Assembly: GCA_029564465.1 (NCBI GenBank)
Contig: JAKQPY010000056.1
Location: forward strand, 886 to 64,885
Origin: Bacteroidota bacterium
GTDB taxonomy: Bacteria > Bacteroidota > Bacteroidia > Bacteroidales > ML635J-15
DNA length: 64,000 bases
Reading direction: 5' to 3'
The position numbers were made by a program, and so were the translations under genes. Shown here one piece after another: positions 55,113-64,000 of the stretch (position 1 is its first letter; every line of letters starts with the position of its first letter). Below the pieces are notes generated by a model. That model did not search any database. It saw only the letters and a program-made list of their open reading frames with translations, and was not told the origin of the DNA.

Positions 55113-57038
55113 TTATTCTATGGTAATTTCGAAAATTTCTCCAAAGATATCATTTTTTGGGAATGGTATATTTTCTTGCAGGTAAGGACTACCGGGCCAC
55201 CATTGTGTGTTATGGAATTCCTGGGTAACAATCAGCAGCATTTGGTTATTGGGAATCATACTTATGCTTTCGTCAACATATCCAACCACAAAAAGCTTGT
55301 TTTTTTCGGGTCCGATCCGCCAAATAATTTTATCGGGTTGCCAGTCAATTTGAAAATAGTAATAATCTCCACCAAAGACCTCATCATCAGCAATAAAATA
55401 TTTTTCGGTTACAGCACGGTAAACGTCTTCCCAGCGGTGCCACCAGAACGTTTTACCCTGGTAAGAAATTTCGTTGCACCCACTGGCAAATTTGTCGGGC
55501 GATTGGCAGGCCATGTCCCAATTGGTGCAACACACTGCGATTTCGTGGTCACGTTGTTTTACATCTTCAGGAAAGTCAATATTCCAATCGGCAGGTCTTT
55601 TCTGATTGGCATTGTGCTCGGCATATACCGGCGGAAACTCGTTGGCAGGGCAATACGGTACTGTTTTTAGTATCTCGAAATCGATTTCGGAATAGCCAAC
55701 GCGTTCAACCCGTTTGTCGTTACGTCCGCCCCAGTAGGTGGCCATATAGCCTTTTTTCTTGCAGGGACGGCGCAAATTCCAGCCTTTTTCCTGACCTGTG
55801 CCACCTTGGTAAATCATCCATATGGCATTCGTAAGTCCATTCCATACGTTATCTTCATTCAATAACTCGGTGAGTTTTGCCTTAACGGTTATTTTTCCAT
55901 AGGTAAAGCCATGTCTTGTGATGATGCCTACATTTTCTTTTCGCCATTCTCCATAGGTAGTAGCCGGGTTTTTAATAATTATTTTTTTGTTTACCGAATC
56001 GGATACTATGCTGCGACATGGGTATTTGGCAGTTTGAGGCGTAGTGCCAATCAGTTCTTCTTTCTTACAGAAAGCGCGGTTCCAATTATATTCCTCTTTG
56101 CTGTAGCCTTCGCCAACAACGTCGACAATCACAGGAATATTATTGAACTTCGATGATGGATCAACATAATGTACAAACTGGGTAACCGTGGCTTCTTCAA
56201 AAATTTTAGCATCATTTCCGCAACGGCAATCAAAATATTTCTTGAAATCTGGGTTGTCTCTAAAATTATATTCCTCCACAAATACACCTTTGCCAAGATC
56301 AGGAGTGGCTTTTAGATTAATAATGTCGTCGTATTTTGCCACGAAAGTATTCGTTAGTTCTTTGCCTTCACCAAACAAAAAATAATAGTAGGGGCTAATA
56401 AATCCAAGTGAACTTTGTTTTCCGATGAACTGTATATAATCCGGAATTCTTTTTAGGTCTTCATCAGTAACAACAATTAATAAACTACTATATGAGCCCA
56501 CCCGTGGATTTCGTTTCCATCTATCGTTTTTTCCTTCGAAAAAATACATTTCTTCGTTACGCGGATTACCCACAATCCGAAAACCATCATGAATTGTTTT
56601 TTCTTCACCGCTGCCTATTTCTCCAATGGGTTTGAACCCTGTCAGCGAGTCTTCCCATGAACCATAAAAGTTTTCGTGGGCATAAGGGTGTATTTTGTTT
56701 GAATTGCTACCAAGTTCAGGGTTTTTGTAGGTTTCGTTTTGGTAATATACCTTGTAATAGTAACGCTGTGCCTTGTCCGAAGTATTTTTAACCGTGAACT
56801 CGAAATTGAATAGGCCATTATCTGTCTGACGTGCACTTGGGGCTGTAAAACCATGGATGGCACCTTCGTAATCAAGCCATAACACTTTATTTTCGGTAGT
56901 TTCGGGTAAATAGTTTGTGAGCCATGACACATCATTGACTTCCCATTCGAGTTTGGCTTTTTTATCCGATGGTTTGCATGCCGCTATCGCAACGATGACC
57001 AGTATTAAAAGGCTGAAAAGCAGTTTATTTAAATTCAT
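55113..57038 (-). CDS. Lipoprotein with C-terminal GH16-like glycoside hydrolase domain
   Basis: Trimmed to Met40 (MNLNKLLFSLLILVIVAIAAC, a lipobox), which avoids overlap with the upstream gene. The GH16 catalytic motif ExDxxE appears as GYSEIDFEIL. The N-terminal ~380 aa match no recognised family. Confidence 0.65.
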   Translation of the reverse strand: MNLNKLLFSLLILVIVAIAACKPSDKKAKLEWEVNDVSWLTNYLPETTENKVLWLDYEGAIHGFTAPSARQTDNGLFNFEFTVKNTSDKAQRYYYKVYYQNETYKNPELGSNSNKIHPYAHENFYGSWEDSLTGFKPIGEIGSGEEKTIHDGFRIVGNPRNEEMYFFEGKNDRWKRNPRVGSYSSLLIVVTDEDLKRIPDYIQFIGKQSSLGFISPYYYFLFGEGKELTNTFVAKYDDIINLKATPDLGKGVFVEEYNFRDNPDFKKYFDCRCGNDAKIFEEATVTQFVHYVDPSSKFNNIPVIVDVVGEGYSKEEYNWNRAFCKKEELIGTTPQTAKYPCRSIVSDSVNKKIIIKNPATTYGEWRKENVGIITRHGFTYGKITVKAKLTELLNEDNVWNGLTNAIWMIYQGGTGQEKGWNLRRPCKKKGYMATYWGGRNDKRVERVGYSEIDFEILKTVPYCPANEFPPVYAEHNANQKRPADWNIDFPEDVKQRDHEIAVCCTNWDMACQSPDKFASGCNEISYQGKTFWWHRWEDVYRAVTEKYFIADDEVFGGDYYYFQIDWQPDKIIWRIGPEKNKLFVVGYVDESISMIPNNQMLLIVTQEFHNTQWWPGSPYLQENIPFPKNDIFGEIFEITIE

Positions 57039-59241
57039 AGACTTCAACTTTTGGAGTAAAAAATGAATGGTTTTTTCTAAGGCTTCCCGACGAAATGGCA
57101 GAATACTTTTCGCTAAACGAAAAAACCATGACTTCGCTATGAGGGTCACCTGCAAAATTTCCGCATGCTATGGCTGTAGCCGGATAGTATTTGGGGTTAT
57201 TATAGTCGGTAAAACCCGAAAAATCAACATTTCTAATTATTTCGTAATGATCTTTATTCAATTCTATCAGTTTCAGATCGAACCTCCAGGCTCGGTCGAG
57301 CATAAGTAGATTGGCAGGTGTTCCGCTTTTGAAATTACCAATGAAATACTCTGACGTATTGCTTAATCCGTCGTAACCTGCTTTGCCATTCCGACCGGTA
57401 ACCAGTGATGCGATTTTAAAATGTGGCCATTTCCCTTCTGCATGGTAAATGCTATAGCTACAGCTATTTTCGGCTCCTCCCAGCAAAACGATTTCGGGGC
57501 CGGGTTTATCGTTGATCAGGTCGCCCGAAAACACCCTGGTAATATTACCGAAATCTCCGGCCATGGGCTCAAAAACTGTGCTGCCCGACGTGGTATAGAG
57601 TATGCCTGCTTTTCCGCTGTTGCTGATTATCATACATGCTTGTTTCCCGTCGGTACCCAGAACTTTACATCCCAATCTGACATCTTCGAAACCACCAATT
57701 TTACTGTAGTCAATTCCATAGTTTTTTTGTGCTTTCAGCGATTTTACGTTCCCGGTCATTGAATAGCAAATCAGCTTTTTGTTGTTGTTATCGAATGCAA
57801 GTATTTCATCGGTTCCATCAGTGTTAATATCACAAGGAATCAGGAATGAATTTGTACTGAGTTCAGTCCCTAAACCTATGGGAGCAGCGTGTAAGCTGCC
57901 ATTTTCGATGTAGTAACAACTGAGTTCGGCGGGTTGATTACCAGCAACAACCTGATCGTATGTATTGCTTAATATACGGGCAGTCATGCAATATTGAATC
58001 TGGGTTATTTGATTACCCAGCCAAAGATGGTTTGCCGATGCTTTATGCAGGATAATGTTTTGGTATGGCGGTTGGTTTATTTTAGGCGCAAAGTTGGGCT
58101 CTTTTGTAAGGTCGCAAAGTACTTCGTTCCCCATTTTTATGTCCTTATTGCTCTTTAGCACAAAATATATATCATCGGTATACACGGTGTTATCGTTTCG
58201 GTTCCAACCATAAATCTCCATGGTGTTACCCGGTTTGCAAGCCTCTGTGGGTATAGGCATATAGCCCTGCATTTTAGTCCATGACTTTACAGGATTCGTC
58301 TGGTTGATATGGTGTCCGTACCAGTGAACCGTATTGCCTTTGTTATCTTTAATGCTGAACACCAAAACGAAGTTGACCAGCTCTTTTTCGTTCATAAAAT
58401 AAAACCGGTAGTTCAATTGGTCGGCATTGTTCAGATCGAAATCCGACATCGGGCATGAATAAAGATAGGAGTAGGAATCGTTACCTGAAGCAACCGATGA
58501 TTGTGTACCCTGATAGGCCTGCAGGTTTGAAATACCCTTACCCTGCAGGTTCTCGAAATCAATATTTTTTGACCGGGAAAATCCACCGGTGTTAATGTTT
58601 CCGCTAAAATCCAATTCTATATCGTCGAGATAAATGGGGCTTGCGTCAATATTATTTATAGCATATATTTTAAGCTTGTTGTTTTTCTGCATTAAAGAAT
58701 CGGGAATATGAAACTTTTTACCCGTCTTCGACCAGGAATCAGATTCCGCCTGTGTGCTTGTCAAATGATGACTATCCCAGAATAGTTGTGTTTTAAAGTC
58801 TTTGTCGAACACCGAAACCACCATCATTAAATCAATGTTCTTAGTCATCGGATAATACCAATAGTTCAGGTTCAGGTCTGCGAGGCTTTCGGTATTGAGT
58901 TTGTCCATATCGAGTATGATTGCAGCCGAGTAACTTTTTTTTGACAACAAAACACATGACTTATTGCCTGAAAGCGAAACATCGGTGCTTACAGTATGAA
59001 GGGTCGCCGGGTCAAGATATTGGCGGGTTTCAAAATCAATAATAATTTTATTGCCTGAATTATCGGTACTATCGGATAATGTTTTAGGTCCGACCGGGTT
59101 AACCATATTGACTCTCGAGACCACAAATACAAGTGCCGAGAAACTGCAAATCAGAATAAAAACTATGATTAACCGGTTTTTTTTAGGTTGAACTATCTTC
59201 CTCATCTGTGTCGTTATCCCCATCGTCGGTATTCGTTTCAT
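57025..59241 (-). CDS. Membrane-anchored protein with CBM-like repeats and FG-GAP/VCBS-like C-terminal region
   Basis: 738 aa with a TM anchor (LIIVFILICSFSALVFVV). Has repeated ~110-aa beta-sandwich-like modules ending ...DDIELDF and ...DDIYFVLK. FG-GAP-like motifs are CDINTDGTDEILAF, GDLINDKPGPEIVLLG and GNFAGDPHSEVMVF. The start is uncertain (Met1, Met7 or Met13), and all three overlap the GT2 gene's 3' end. Confidence 0.6.
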   Translation of the reverse strand: MKRIPTMGITTQMRKIVQPKKNRLIIVFILICSFSALVFVVSRVNMVNPVGPKTLSDSTDNSGNKIIIDFETRQYLDPATLHTVSTDVSLSGNKSCVLLSKKSYSAAIILDMDKLNTESLADLNLNYWYYPMTKNIDLMMVVSVFDKDFKTQLFWDSHHLTSTQAESDSWSKTGKKFHIPDSLMQKNNKLKIYAINNIDASPIYLDDIELDFSGNINTGGFSRSKNIDFENLQGKGISNLQAYQGTQSSVASGNDSYSYLYSCPMSDFDLNNADQLNYRFYFMNEKELVNFVLVFSIKDNKGNTVHWYGHHINQTNPVKSWTKMQGYMPIPTEACKPGNTMEIYGWNRNDNTVYTDDIYFVLKSNKDIKMGNEVLCDLTKEPNFAPKINQPPYQNIILHKASANHLWLGNQITQIQYCMTARILSNTYDQVVAGNQPAELSCYYIENGSLHAAPIGLGTELSTNSFLIPCDINTDGTDEILAFDNNNKKLICYSMTGNVKSLKAQKNYGIDYSKIGGFEDVRLGCKVLGTDGKQACMIISNSGKAGILYTTSGSTVFEPMAGDFGNITRVFSGDLINDKPGPEIVLLGGAENSCSYSIYHAEGKWPHFKIASLVTGRNGKAGYDGLSNTSEYFIGNFKSGTPANLLMLDRAWRFDLKLIELNKDHYEIIRNVDFSGFTDYNNPKYYPATAIACGNFAGDPHSEVMVFSFSEKYSAISSGSLRKNHSFFTPKVEVYEFK

Positions 59242-60175
59242 TAATGATATACAAAGGCCTGTTTCTCACGTTGTTGCCAATTCGGCTAATATACTCACCA
59301 ATAATTCCCATGCTTACCAGTTGAATGCCCCCGATAAACAAAATACTGAGAATGAGAGATGTCCAACCCTGAACATATTCCCGGGCAACCAATCGCTGAT
59401 ACAAGGCCCAGATAATCAGTATGAACGAAACTATGCTGAAAATAAACCCAAGGTAGGTGGCAAACTTTAAAGGGAAATCAGAAAACGATGTAATGCCATC
59501 AATAGCAAAGCGCCACATTTTTTTTAGTGAGTAACCTGATTTACCTTCGCTTCGCTTATCCCTGATAAAATCAACCGAAGTTTGCTTCATGCCAATCCAT
59601 GCAATCTGACCACGCAGGAATTTTTGTTGCTCCGGCATTTTCATAAGAATATTGGCAACTTTTCGGTTTATAATTCTGAAGTCACCGGTATCAACCGGGA
59701 TTTTGCTGCGAGTAATCAACGACAAGGTGCGATAAAACAAGCGGGCCGTTGTTTTTTTGAACACACTGTCGCCGCGTCGTGTTAACCTTCGGGCATATAC
59801 AACGTCGAAGCCTTCGTCCATTTTTTTGCTAAGGTCAGCAATCAGGGCAGGGGGATCCTGAAAATCAGCATCCATAATTACAATTCGTTCGCCTTTTGTT
59901 GCTTCAATACCGGCCGTAATAGCAATCTGATGTCCGAAGTTTCTGCTGAGATCGATATATTTAATTCTTTTATCGTTTGCGGATAATTGCTTGATTATTT
60001 GCAACGAATTATCGATACTGCCATCATTCACAAATACTAATTCAAGCCGCGAAAATTGCAGGTTTTCGAGCACAGAAATAATTTCACGACTCAGCGCTTC
60101 AATGTTGTTCTGTTCGTTATATACCGGCAATACTACCGAAATTTGAATGTTTTGTGTCAATGCTTTCTTCTTCAT
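59183..60175 (-). CDS. Family 2 glycosyltransferase, polyprenyl-phosphate glycosyltransferase type (GtrB/ArnC-like)
   Basis: 330 aa. Contains VVLPVYNEQNNI, VNDGSIDNS and IMDADFQDPP (the DxD region). Two C-terminal TM helices and an acidic tail (TDDGDNDTDEEDSS) follow. Confidence 0.82.
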   Translation of the reverse strand: MKKKALTQNIQISVVLPVYNEQNNIEALSREIISVLENLQFSRLELVFVNDGSIDNSLQIIKQLSANDKRIKYIDLSRNFGHQIAITAGIEATKGERIVIMDADFQDPPALIADLSKKMDEGFDVVYARRLTRRGDSVFKKTTARLFYRTLSLITRSKIPVDTGDFRIINRKVANILMKMPEQQKFLRGQIAWIGMKQTSVDFIRDKRSEGKSGYSLKKMWRFAIDGITSFSDFPLKFATYLGFIFSIVSFILIIWALYQRLVAREYVQGWTSLILSILFIGGIQLVSMGIIGEYISRIGNNVRNRPLYIINETNTDDGDNDTDEEDSST

Positions 60176-60188
60176 CTCACAAAGATAT

Positions 60189-61733
60189 TTATTTCTCGTT
60201 ATTGTCGGCTTCGGTGTGGCTATTTTCTTCGTTTACAGGTCGTAGTAGTTCTCCTAGTTTCGAAAATGAAAAAATGCGAATTACAAAGGCCAGGATAAGC
60301 GCAATACACAGGGTAACTGTTGATGCAACCAGCCAGTTTTGGATAAGACTTTTGCTGAGCCATGCAATTCCAAGGGCTGCCGGGAAGAAAAGTAATATGC
60401 GAATTACGAGCAGGTAATTAATGCGGAGCTGCAGAATTTTAACGGCGATGAATGCCTGGGCTGCCATGGTAAACAGTTGGGTTACCATGCTGGTTATTGC
60501 AGCGCCTTCGATTCCAAACCGCGGAATCATCATAAAGTTAACAGCAATGTTGAAAGCCATTCCCGATGCTGCCATTATGTTGAGTTGCTTTAAACTCCCG
60601 TTGGCTGTAAGCAATGATCCGAAAATGTAGGTTCCGCAGATACCAACAAAACCCGTCATTAAAAAGCCCAGAATATTTGCAGACTCGCGGGTGTGGGCCA
60701 CATACATCAGGTTCATCAGTTCCTGATTGTATATAATGCACACTGCGGCAAGCAGAATAGCCGGAACAATCAATAATAAAGATGATATTTTGACAATCTC
60801 GTCAACGGGTTCTTTTTTACCCAACATGCGCGCAAAAAGTGGCATCAGTAAAGCAGAAAACAGAAATGCAATCATCGAAAATGCATCGAGAAGCCTGAAC
60901 GCCTGTGCGTATATACCTGCCTGAGCCTGTCCATCGGGAAGCAGCCGCTCAATCATAATGGAATCAACCCTGTTGTAAAAGGCCATTAGCAATATCAGCA
61001 GGGCATAAGGCCAGCTTTGCTTCAGAAATACCGCATAAAACCGGAAGTTGAAACTAAGCCTGAAATATTGTGTGTGCCGAAGAACCAATACAAAAGCAAC
61101 CAGGGCTGTTATCAGGTAACTGGCCGTTTGGGCATATACAAACCATTCAATCCGCATGGGTGTTGATGTCACGTTGCCCCAAATGAGCAGACTGCATACA
61201 ACAATCATTATAAAACGATCGAGGACTGAAAGTGCGCTATCGGTTTTAAACAATTGCAACCCACTGATATTCGATCGGAGATAGAGCACCATCGAGGAGA
61301 GAAACTGATTGAGGATTAATACTGCCAATACCGACATCTGACGTAAATCGTAGCCGATAGCCAGTGCAATGCCAATCGAAACAACCGCGTAAAGAATTGC
61401 CAGCATGAACTTAAGCGAAACTATATTCGAGAAATATTTACTCAGCATGTGCCCGTGCTGCGCAATATTGCGGTTGTTGAAATTGGTGGTGCCCATGTCG
61501 AGCAAAATCTGAAGAATCAGCGAGAAATTAAACAGGGTAAAGTAAAACCCGTACTCGCCGGCTCCCACAATGTTCTGAACACTCCGCTCGATTCCAAAAA
61601 TCCAGAAAGGTTTTACCAACAGGTTCAACAGCAGCAGGAACGCCAGATTTATGACAAAATTCTTCTTCAAAAATTCAACATGTTTCTCCGACAAATATAC
61701 ATATTTTGAAAGTCCTGACACGCTCTTTTTCAT
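60189..61733 (-). CDS. Polysaccharide/oligosaccharide flippase (MOP superfamily, Wzx-like)
   Basis: 514 aa with roughly 12-14 TM helices. The length and hydrophobicity pattern fit Wzx-type flippases, and it lies directly upstream of a GT2 gene. Confidence 0.7.
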   Translation of the reverse strand: MKKSVSGLSKYVYLSEKHVEFLKKNFVINLAFLLLLNLLVKPFWIFGIERSVQNIVGAGEYGFYFTLFNFSLILQILLDMGTTNFNNRNIAQHGHMLSKYFSNIVSLKFMLAILYAVVSIGIALAIGYDLRQMSVLAVLILNQFLSSMVLYLRSNISGLQLFKTDSALSVLDRFIMIVVCSLLIWGNVTSTPMRIEWFVYAQTASYLITALVAFVLVLRHTQYFRLSFNFRFYAVFLKQSWPYALLILLMAFYNRVDSIMIERLLPDGQAQAGIYAQAFRLLDAFSMIAFLFSALLMPLFARMLGKKEPVDEIVKISSLLLIVPAILLAAVCIIYNQELMNLMYVAHTRESANILGFLMTGFVGICGTYIFGSLLTANGSLKQLNIMAASGMAFNIAVNFMMIPRFGIEGAAITSMVTQLFTMAAQAFIAVKILQLRINYLLVIRILLFFPAALGIAWLSKSLIQNWLVASTVTLCIALILAFVIRIFSFSKLGELLRPVNEENSHTEADNNEK

Positions 61734-61791
61734 TCATCAGGCTTTTATTTCAAGTTTCTGATTCAGGCATTTGTGCAAACAAAAATTTTCT

Positions 61792-61799
61792 TATTTTTG
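61792..61799 (+). promoter_or_regulatory. -7 promoter motif TATTTTTG upstream of the EF-G paralog
   Basis: Matches TAnnTTTG and lies 74 nt upstream of the ATG at 61873. Confidence 0.35.
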
Positions 61800-61872
61800 T
61801 ACGCCTTTTACGGGAGCATAAGCCCGTGATAATGTGTGAATAATTATTAATAAAAACCAGATAGACTCTGAC

Positions 61873-64000
61873 ATGAAAACTTATCAGACCAAACAGATCA
61901 GAAATGTTGCCCTGCTCGGAAACGGTGGCGCGGGTAAGACCATTCTTGCCGAAAGTATGTTGTATTTAGGAGGTGTAATTAACCGTAAAGGTGATATCGA
62001 CAGCAAAAACACGGTATCAGATTATCGTATTCTTGAACAGAATAACGGAAACTCGATTTTTTCGACCGTTATGTACACCGAATACAAAGATACCAAAATC
62101 AACATTATCGATAATCCCGGCCTGGATGATTTTGTAGGACAGGTAGTTTCGTCGCTGAACCCTGCCGATTTGGGTCTCCTGGTTGTTAATGCCCAGAATG
62201 GTGTTGAAGTAGGTACCGAAATTCATAACCGCTACCTCGAGAAGGCACATAAACCTGTGATTATTGTAATGAACCATCTCGACCACGATAAAACCAATTT
62301 CGAAAAAAGCTTCGATATGCTTAAGGAATCGATGGGTGGTAATGTGGTGCTGGCTCAATTCCCGGTTAATCAGGGTGTAAGCTTCGATAGTATTATCGAT
62401 GTTATTACCATGAAAATGTACACCTACAAAGATGGTAAGACCATTGTCGGAGAAATTCCTGCTTCGCAAATGGGTCATGTTGAAGATATTAAAACCCAGC
62501 TAATCGAGAAAGCCGCTGAAGCGGATGAGTCGTTGATGGAAAAGTTTTTTGAAAACGATACACTTTCGGAAGCCGAAATGATGCAGGGAATAGCTGCTGG
62601 TTTGCCTCACCGTGGAATTTTTCCGGTATTTTGCGTAAATGCACGCACCGATCTCGGTGTTGAACGTTTGATGGACTTTATTGCCAATGTAGCACCCAGT
62701 CCTGACAAAGCAGAACCCACCCTCAACAGCGAAGGCGACCCCGTGGTTTGCGACCCCGCAGCAAAACCCTCGGTTTTTGTTTTCAAAACTTCTATCGAAG
62801 ACCATATCGGCGAAATCAACTATTTCAAAGTAATGTCTGGGGTAGTAACCGAAAGTATCGACCTCTACAACTCCACCAAAGGTGTTAAAGAACGCTTGTC
62901 GCAGTTGTTTGTTTGTGCCGGTAAAAACCGTACAAAAATTGAGAAACTCAACGCCGGCGATATTGGAGCCACCGTTAAACTGAAAGGTACAAAAACCTGC
63001 CATACACTGGTTGCCCCCGGACTCGACTGGACTATTCCCAGCATCGAATGGCCCGCACCCAAATTCCGTACTGCTATTAAAACCGTTAACGAAGGTGAGG
63101 AAGAAAAGCTGGGTGAGGCACTCAACCGCATGCGCGACGAAGACCAGACCATTGTTTTTGAACACAGCAAGGAACTGCGTCAGCTGATTCTTTCCGGTCA
63201 GGGCGAGTACCATCTGAATATTCTGAAATGGCATCTCGACAATCAGTTTAAAATTGAAACCAACTTTATTAAACCACGTATTCCTTATCGTGAAACCATC
63301 ACGAAAAAAGCTCAGGCCGATTACCGTCATAAAAAGCAATCGGGTGGTGCAGGTCAGTTTGGTGAGGTTCACATGATTGTGGAACCCTATACCGAAGGAA
63401 TGCCAGAACCCGATATGTACAAAATCAACAATAAGGAGTATAAGATTTCGGTTCGTGGTAAAGACGAAATTGAACTCGATTGGGGCGGCAAACTTCAATA
63501 CTACAACTGTATTGTGGGAGGTTCCATCGATGCACGTTTTCTTCCCGCAATCCTGAAAGGTATTATGGAGAAAATCGAAGTAGGTCCGCTTACCGGTAGT
63601 TATGCCCGCGATATCCGCGTATGTGTGTACGATGGTAAAATGCACCCGGTTGATTCAAACGAAATCTCCTTCCGTCTTGCCGGTCGTAATGCCTTTAGTC
63701 AGGCATTTAAAGATGCTGGACCGAAAATTATGGAACCCATTTACGATGTGGAAGTATTGGTTCCCGGCGATCGTATGGGTGATGTGATGAGTGACCTGCA
63801 GGGCCGCCGTGCTATTATTCAGGGTATGAGCAGCGAAAAAGGCTTTGAGAAAATCATGGTGAAAGTGCCACTGGCCGAAATGGGTAACTATAGCACTGCA
63901 CTGCGGTCGCTTACCGGAGGTCGCGCCATGTACAGCATGAAATTTGCCGATTACCAACAAGTTCCCCCCGATGTGCAGGAACAATTACTCAAAGATTACG
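61873..64000 (+). CDS. Elongation factor G paralog with degenerate GTPase motifs (3'-truncated by window end)
   Basis: Missing from the ORF track because there is no in-window stop. My translation is MKTYQTKQIRNVALLGNGGAGKTILAES...INIIDNPGLDDF...VIIVMNHLDHD..., with EF-G domains II-V following (GDIGATVKL; HKKQSGGAGQFGEV; YDGKMHPVDSNE; MEPIYDVEVLVP). The antisense 381-aa ORF is a shadow. Confidence 0.88.
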   Translation, partial: MKTYQTKQIRNVALLGNGGAGKTILAESMLYLGGVINRKGDIDSKNTVSDYRILEQNNGNSIFSTVMYTEYKDTKINIIDNPGLDDFVGQVVSSLNPADLGLLVVNAQNGVEVGTEIHNRYLEKAHKPVIIVMNHLDHDKTNFEKSFDMLKESMGGNVVLAQFPVNQGVSFDSIIDVITMKMYTYKDGKTIVGEIPASQMGHVEDIKTQLIEKAAEADESLMEKFFENDTLSEAEMMQGIAAGLPHRGIFPVFCVNARTDLGVERLMDFIANVAPSPDKAEPTLNSEGDPVVCDPAAKPSVFVFKTSIEDHIGEINYFKVMSGVVTESIDLYNSTKGVKERLSQLFVCAGKNRTKIEKLNAGDIGATVKLKGTKTCHTLVAPGLDWTIPSIEWPAPKFRTAIKTVNEGEEEKLGEALNRMRDEDQTIVFEHSKELRQLILSGQGEYHLNILKWHLDNQFKIETNFIKPRIPYRETITKKAQADYRHKKQSGGAGQFGEVHMIVEPYTEGMPEPDMYKINNKEYKISVRGKDEIELDWGGKLQYYNCIVGGSIDARFLPAILKGIMEKIEVGPLTGSYARDIRVCVYDGKMHPVDSNEISFRLAGRNAFSQAFKDAGPKIMEPIYDVEVLVPGDRMGDVMSDLQGRRAIIQGMSSEKGFEKIMVKVPLAEMGNYSTALRSLTGGRAMYSMKFADYQQVPPDVQEQLLKDY

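Noticed and set aside
62500-63645. 381-aa minus-strand ORF
   Set aside because: It is antisense to the EF-G paralog frame, which carries EF-G domain II-V motifs. It is a shadow ORF in a codon-biased gene.

Overview
This 64-kb chromosomal segment looks like it comes from a Bacteroidota bacterium. The evidence is four proteins with T9SS-type C-terminal sorting domains, TAnnTTTG -7 promoter motifs in front of many genes, and an rpmB-rpmG-DUF4295-ftsY arrangement. I support about 51 protein-coding genes. Two run off the window edges and are missing from the ORF track: ppdK at the 5' end (minus strand) and an EF-G paralog at the 3' end. Two more are small ORFs below the track cutoff. Most genes are housekeeping: ppdK, gcvT, mnmA, xseA, fabG, rpmB/rpmG, ftsY, lepA and an arginine-to-polyamine cluster. 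The rest are envelope or secreted proteins. I saw no rRNA, tRNA, CRISPR array, integrase or transposase. Six things deserve a second look. (1) A tightly packed five-gene minus-strand operon (29931-35484) encodes two small beta-barrel-like proteins, a vWA-like lipoprotein, a signal-peptide WD40 propeller and a WD40/caspase (C14) protein. I cannot match this export-targeted caspase module to a named system. (2) A G9/C9 homopolymer at 31989-31997 splits what reads as a single ~1037-aa WD40-caspase gene into two ORFs. (3) A WYL regulator sits next to a standalone HIRAN-domain gene (49.9-51.4 kb). (4) A 312-bp structured insertion with a 14-bp direct duplication lies exactly at a convergent stop-codon junction (5413-5738). 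(5) A roughly 20-copy 21-bp tandem array sits in an unusually long (1051 bp) divergent intergenic region (2749-3192). (6) The EF-G paralog has the switch-II catalytic His replaced by Leu. All functional calls come from reading motifs by eye; no database search was possible.
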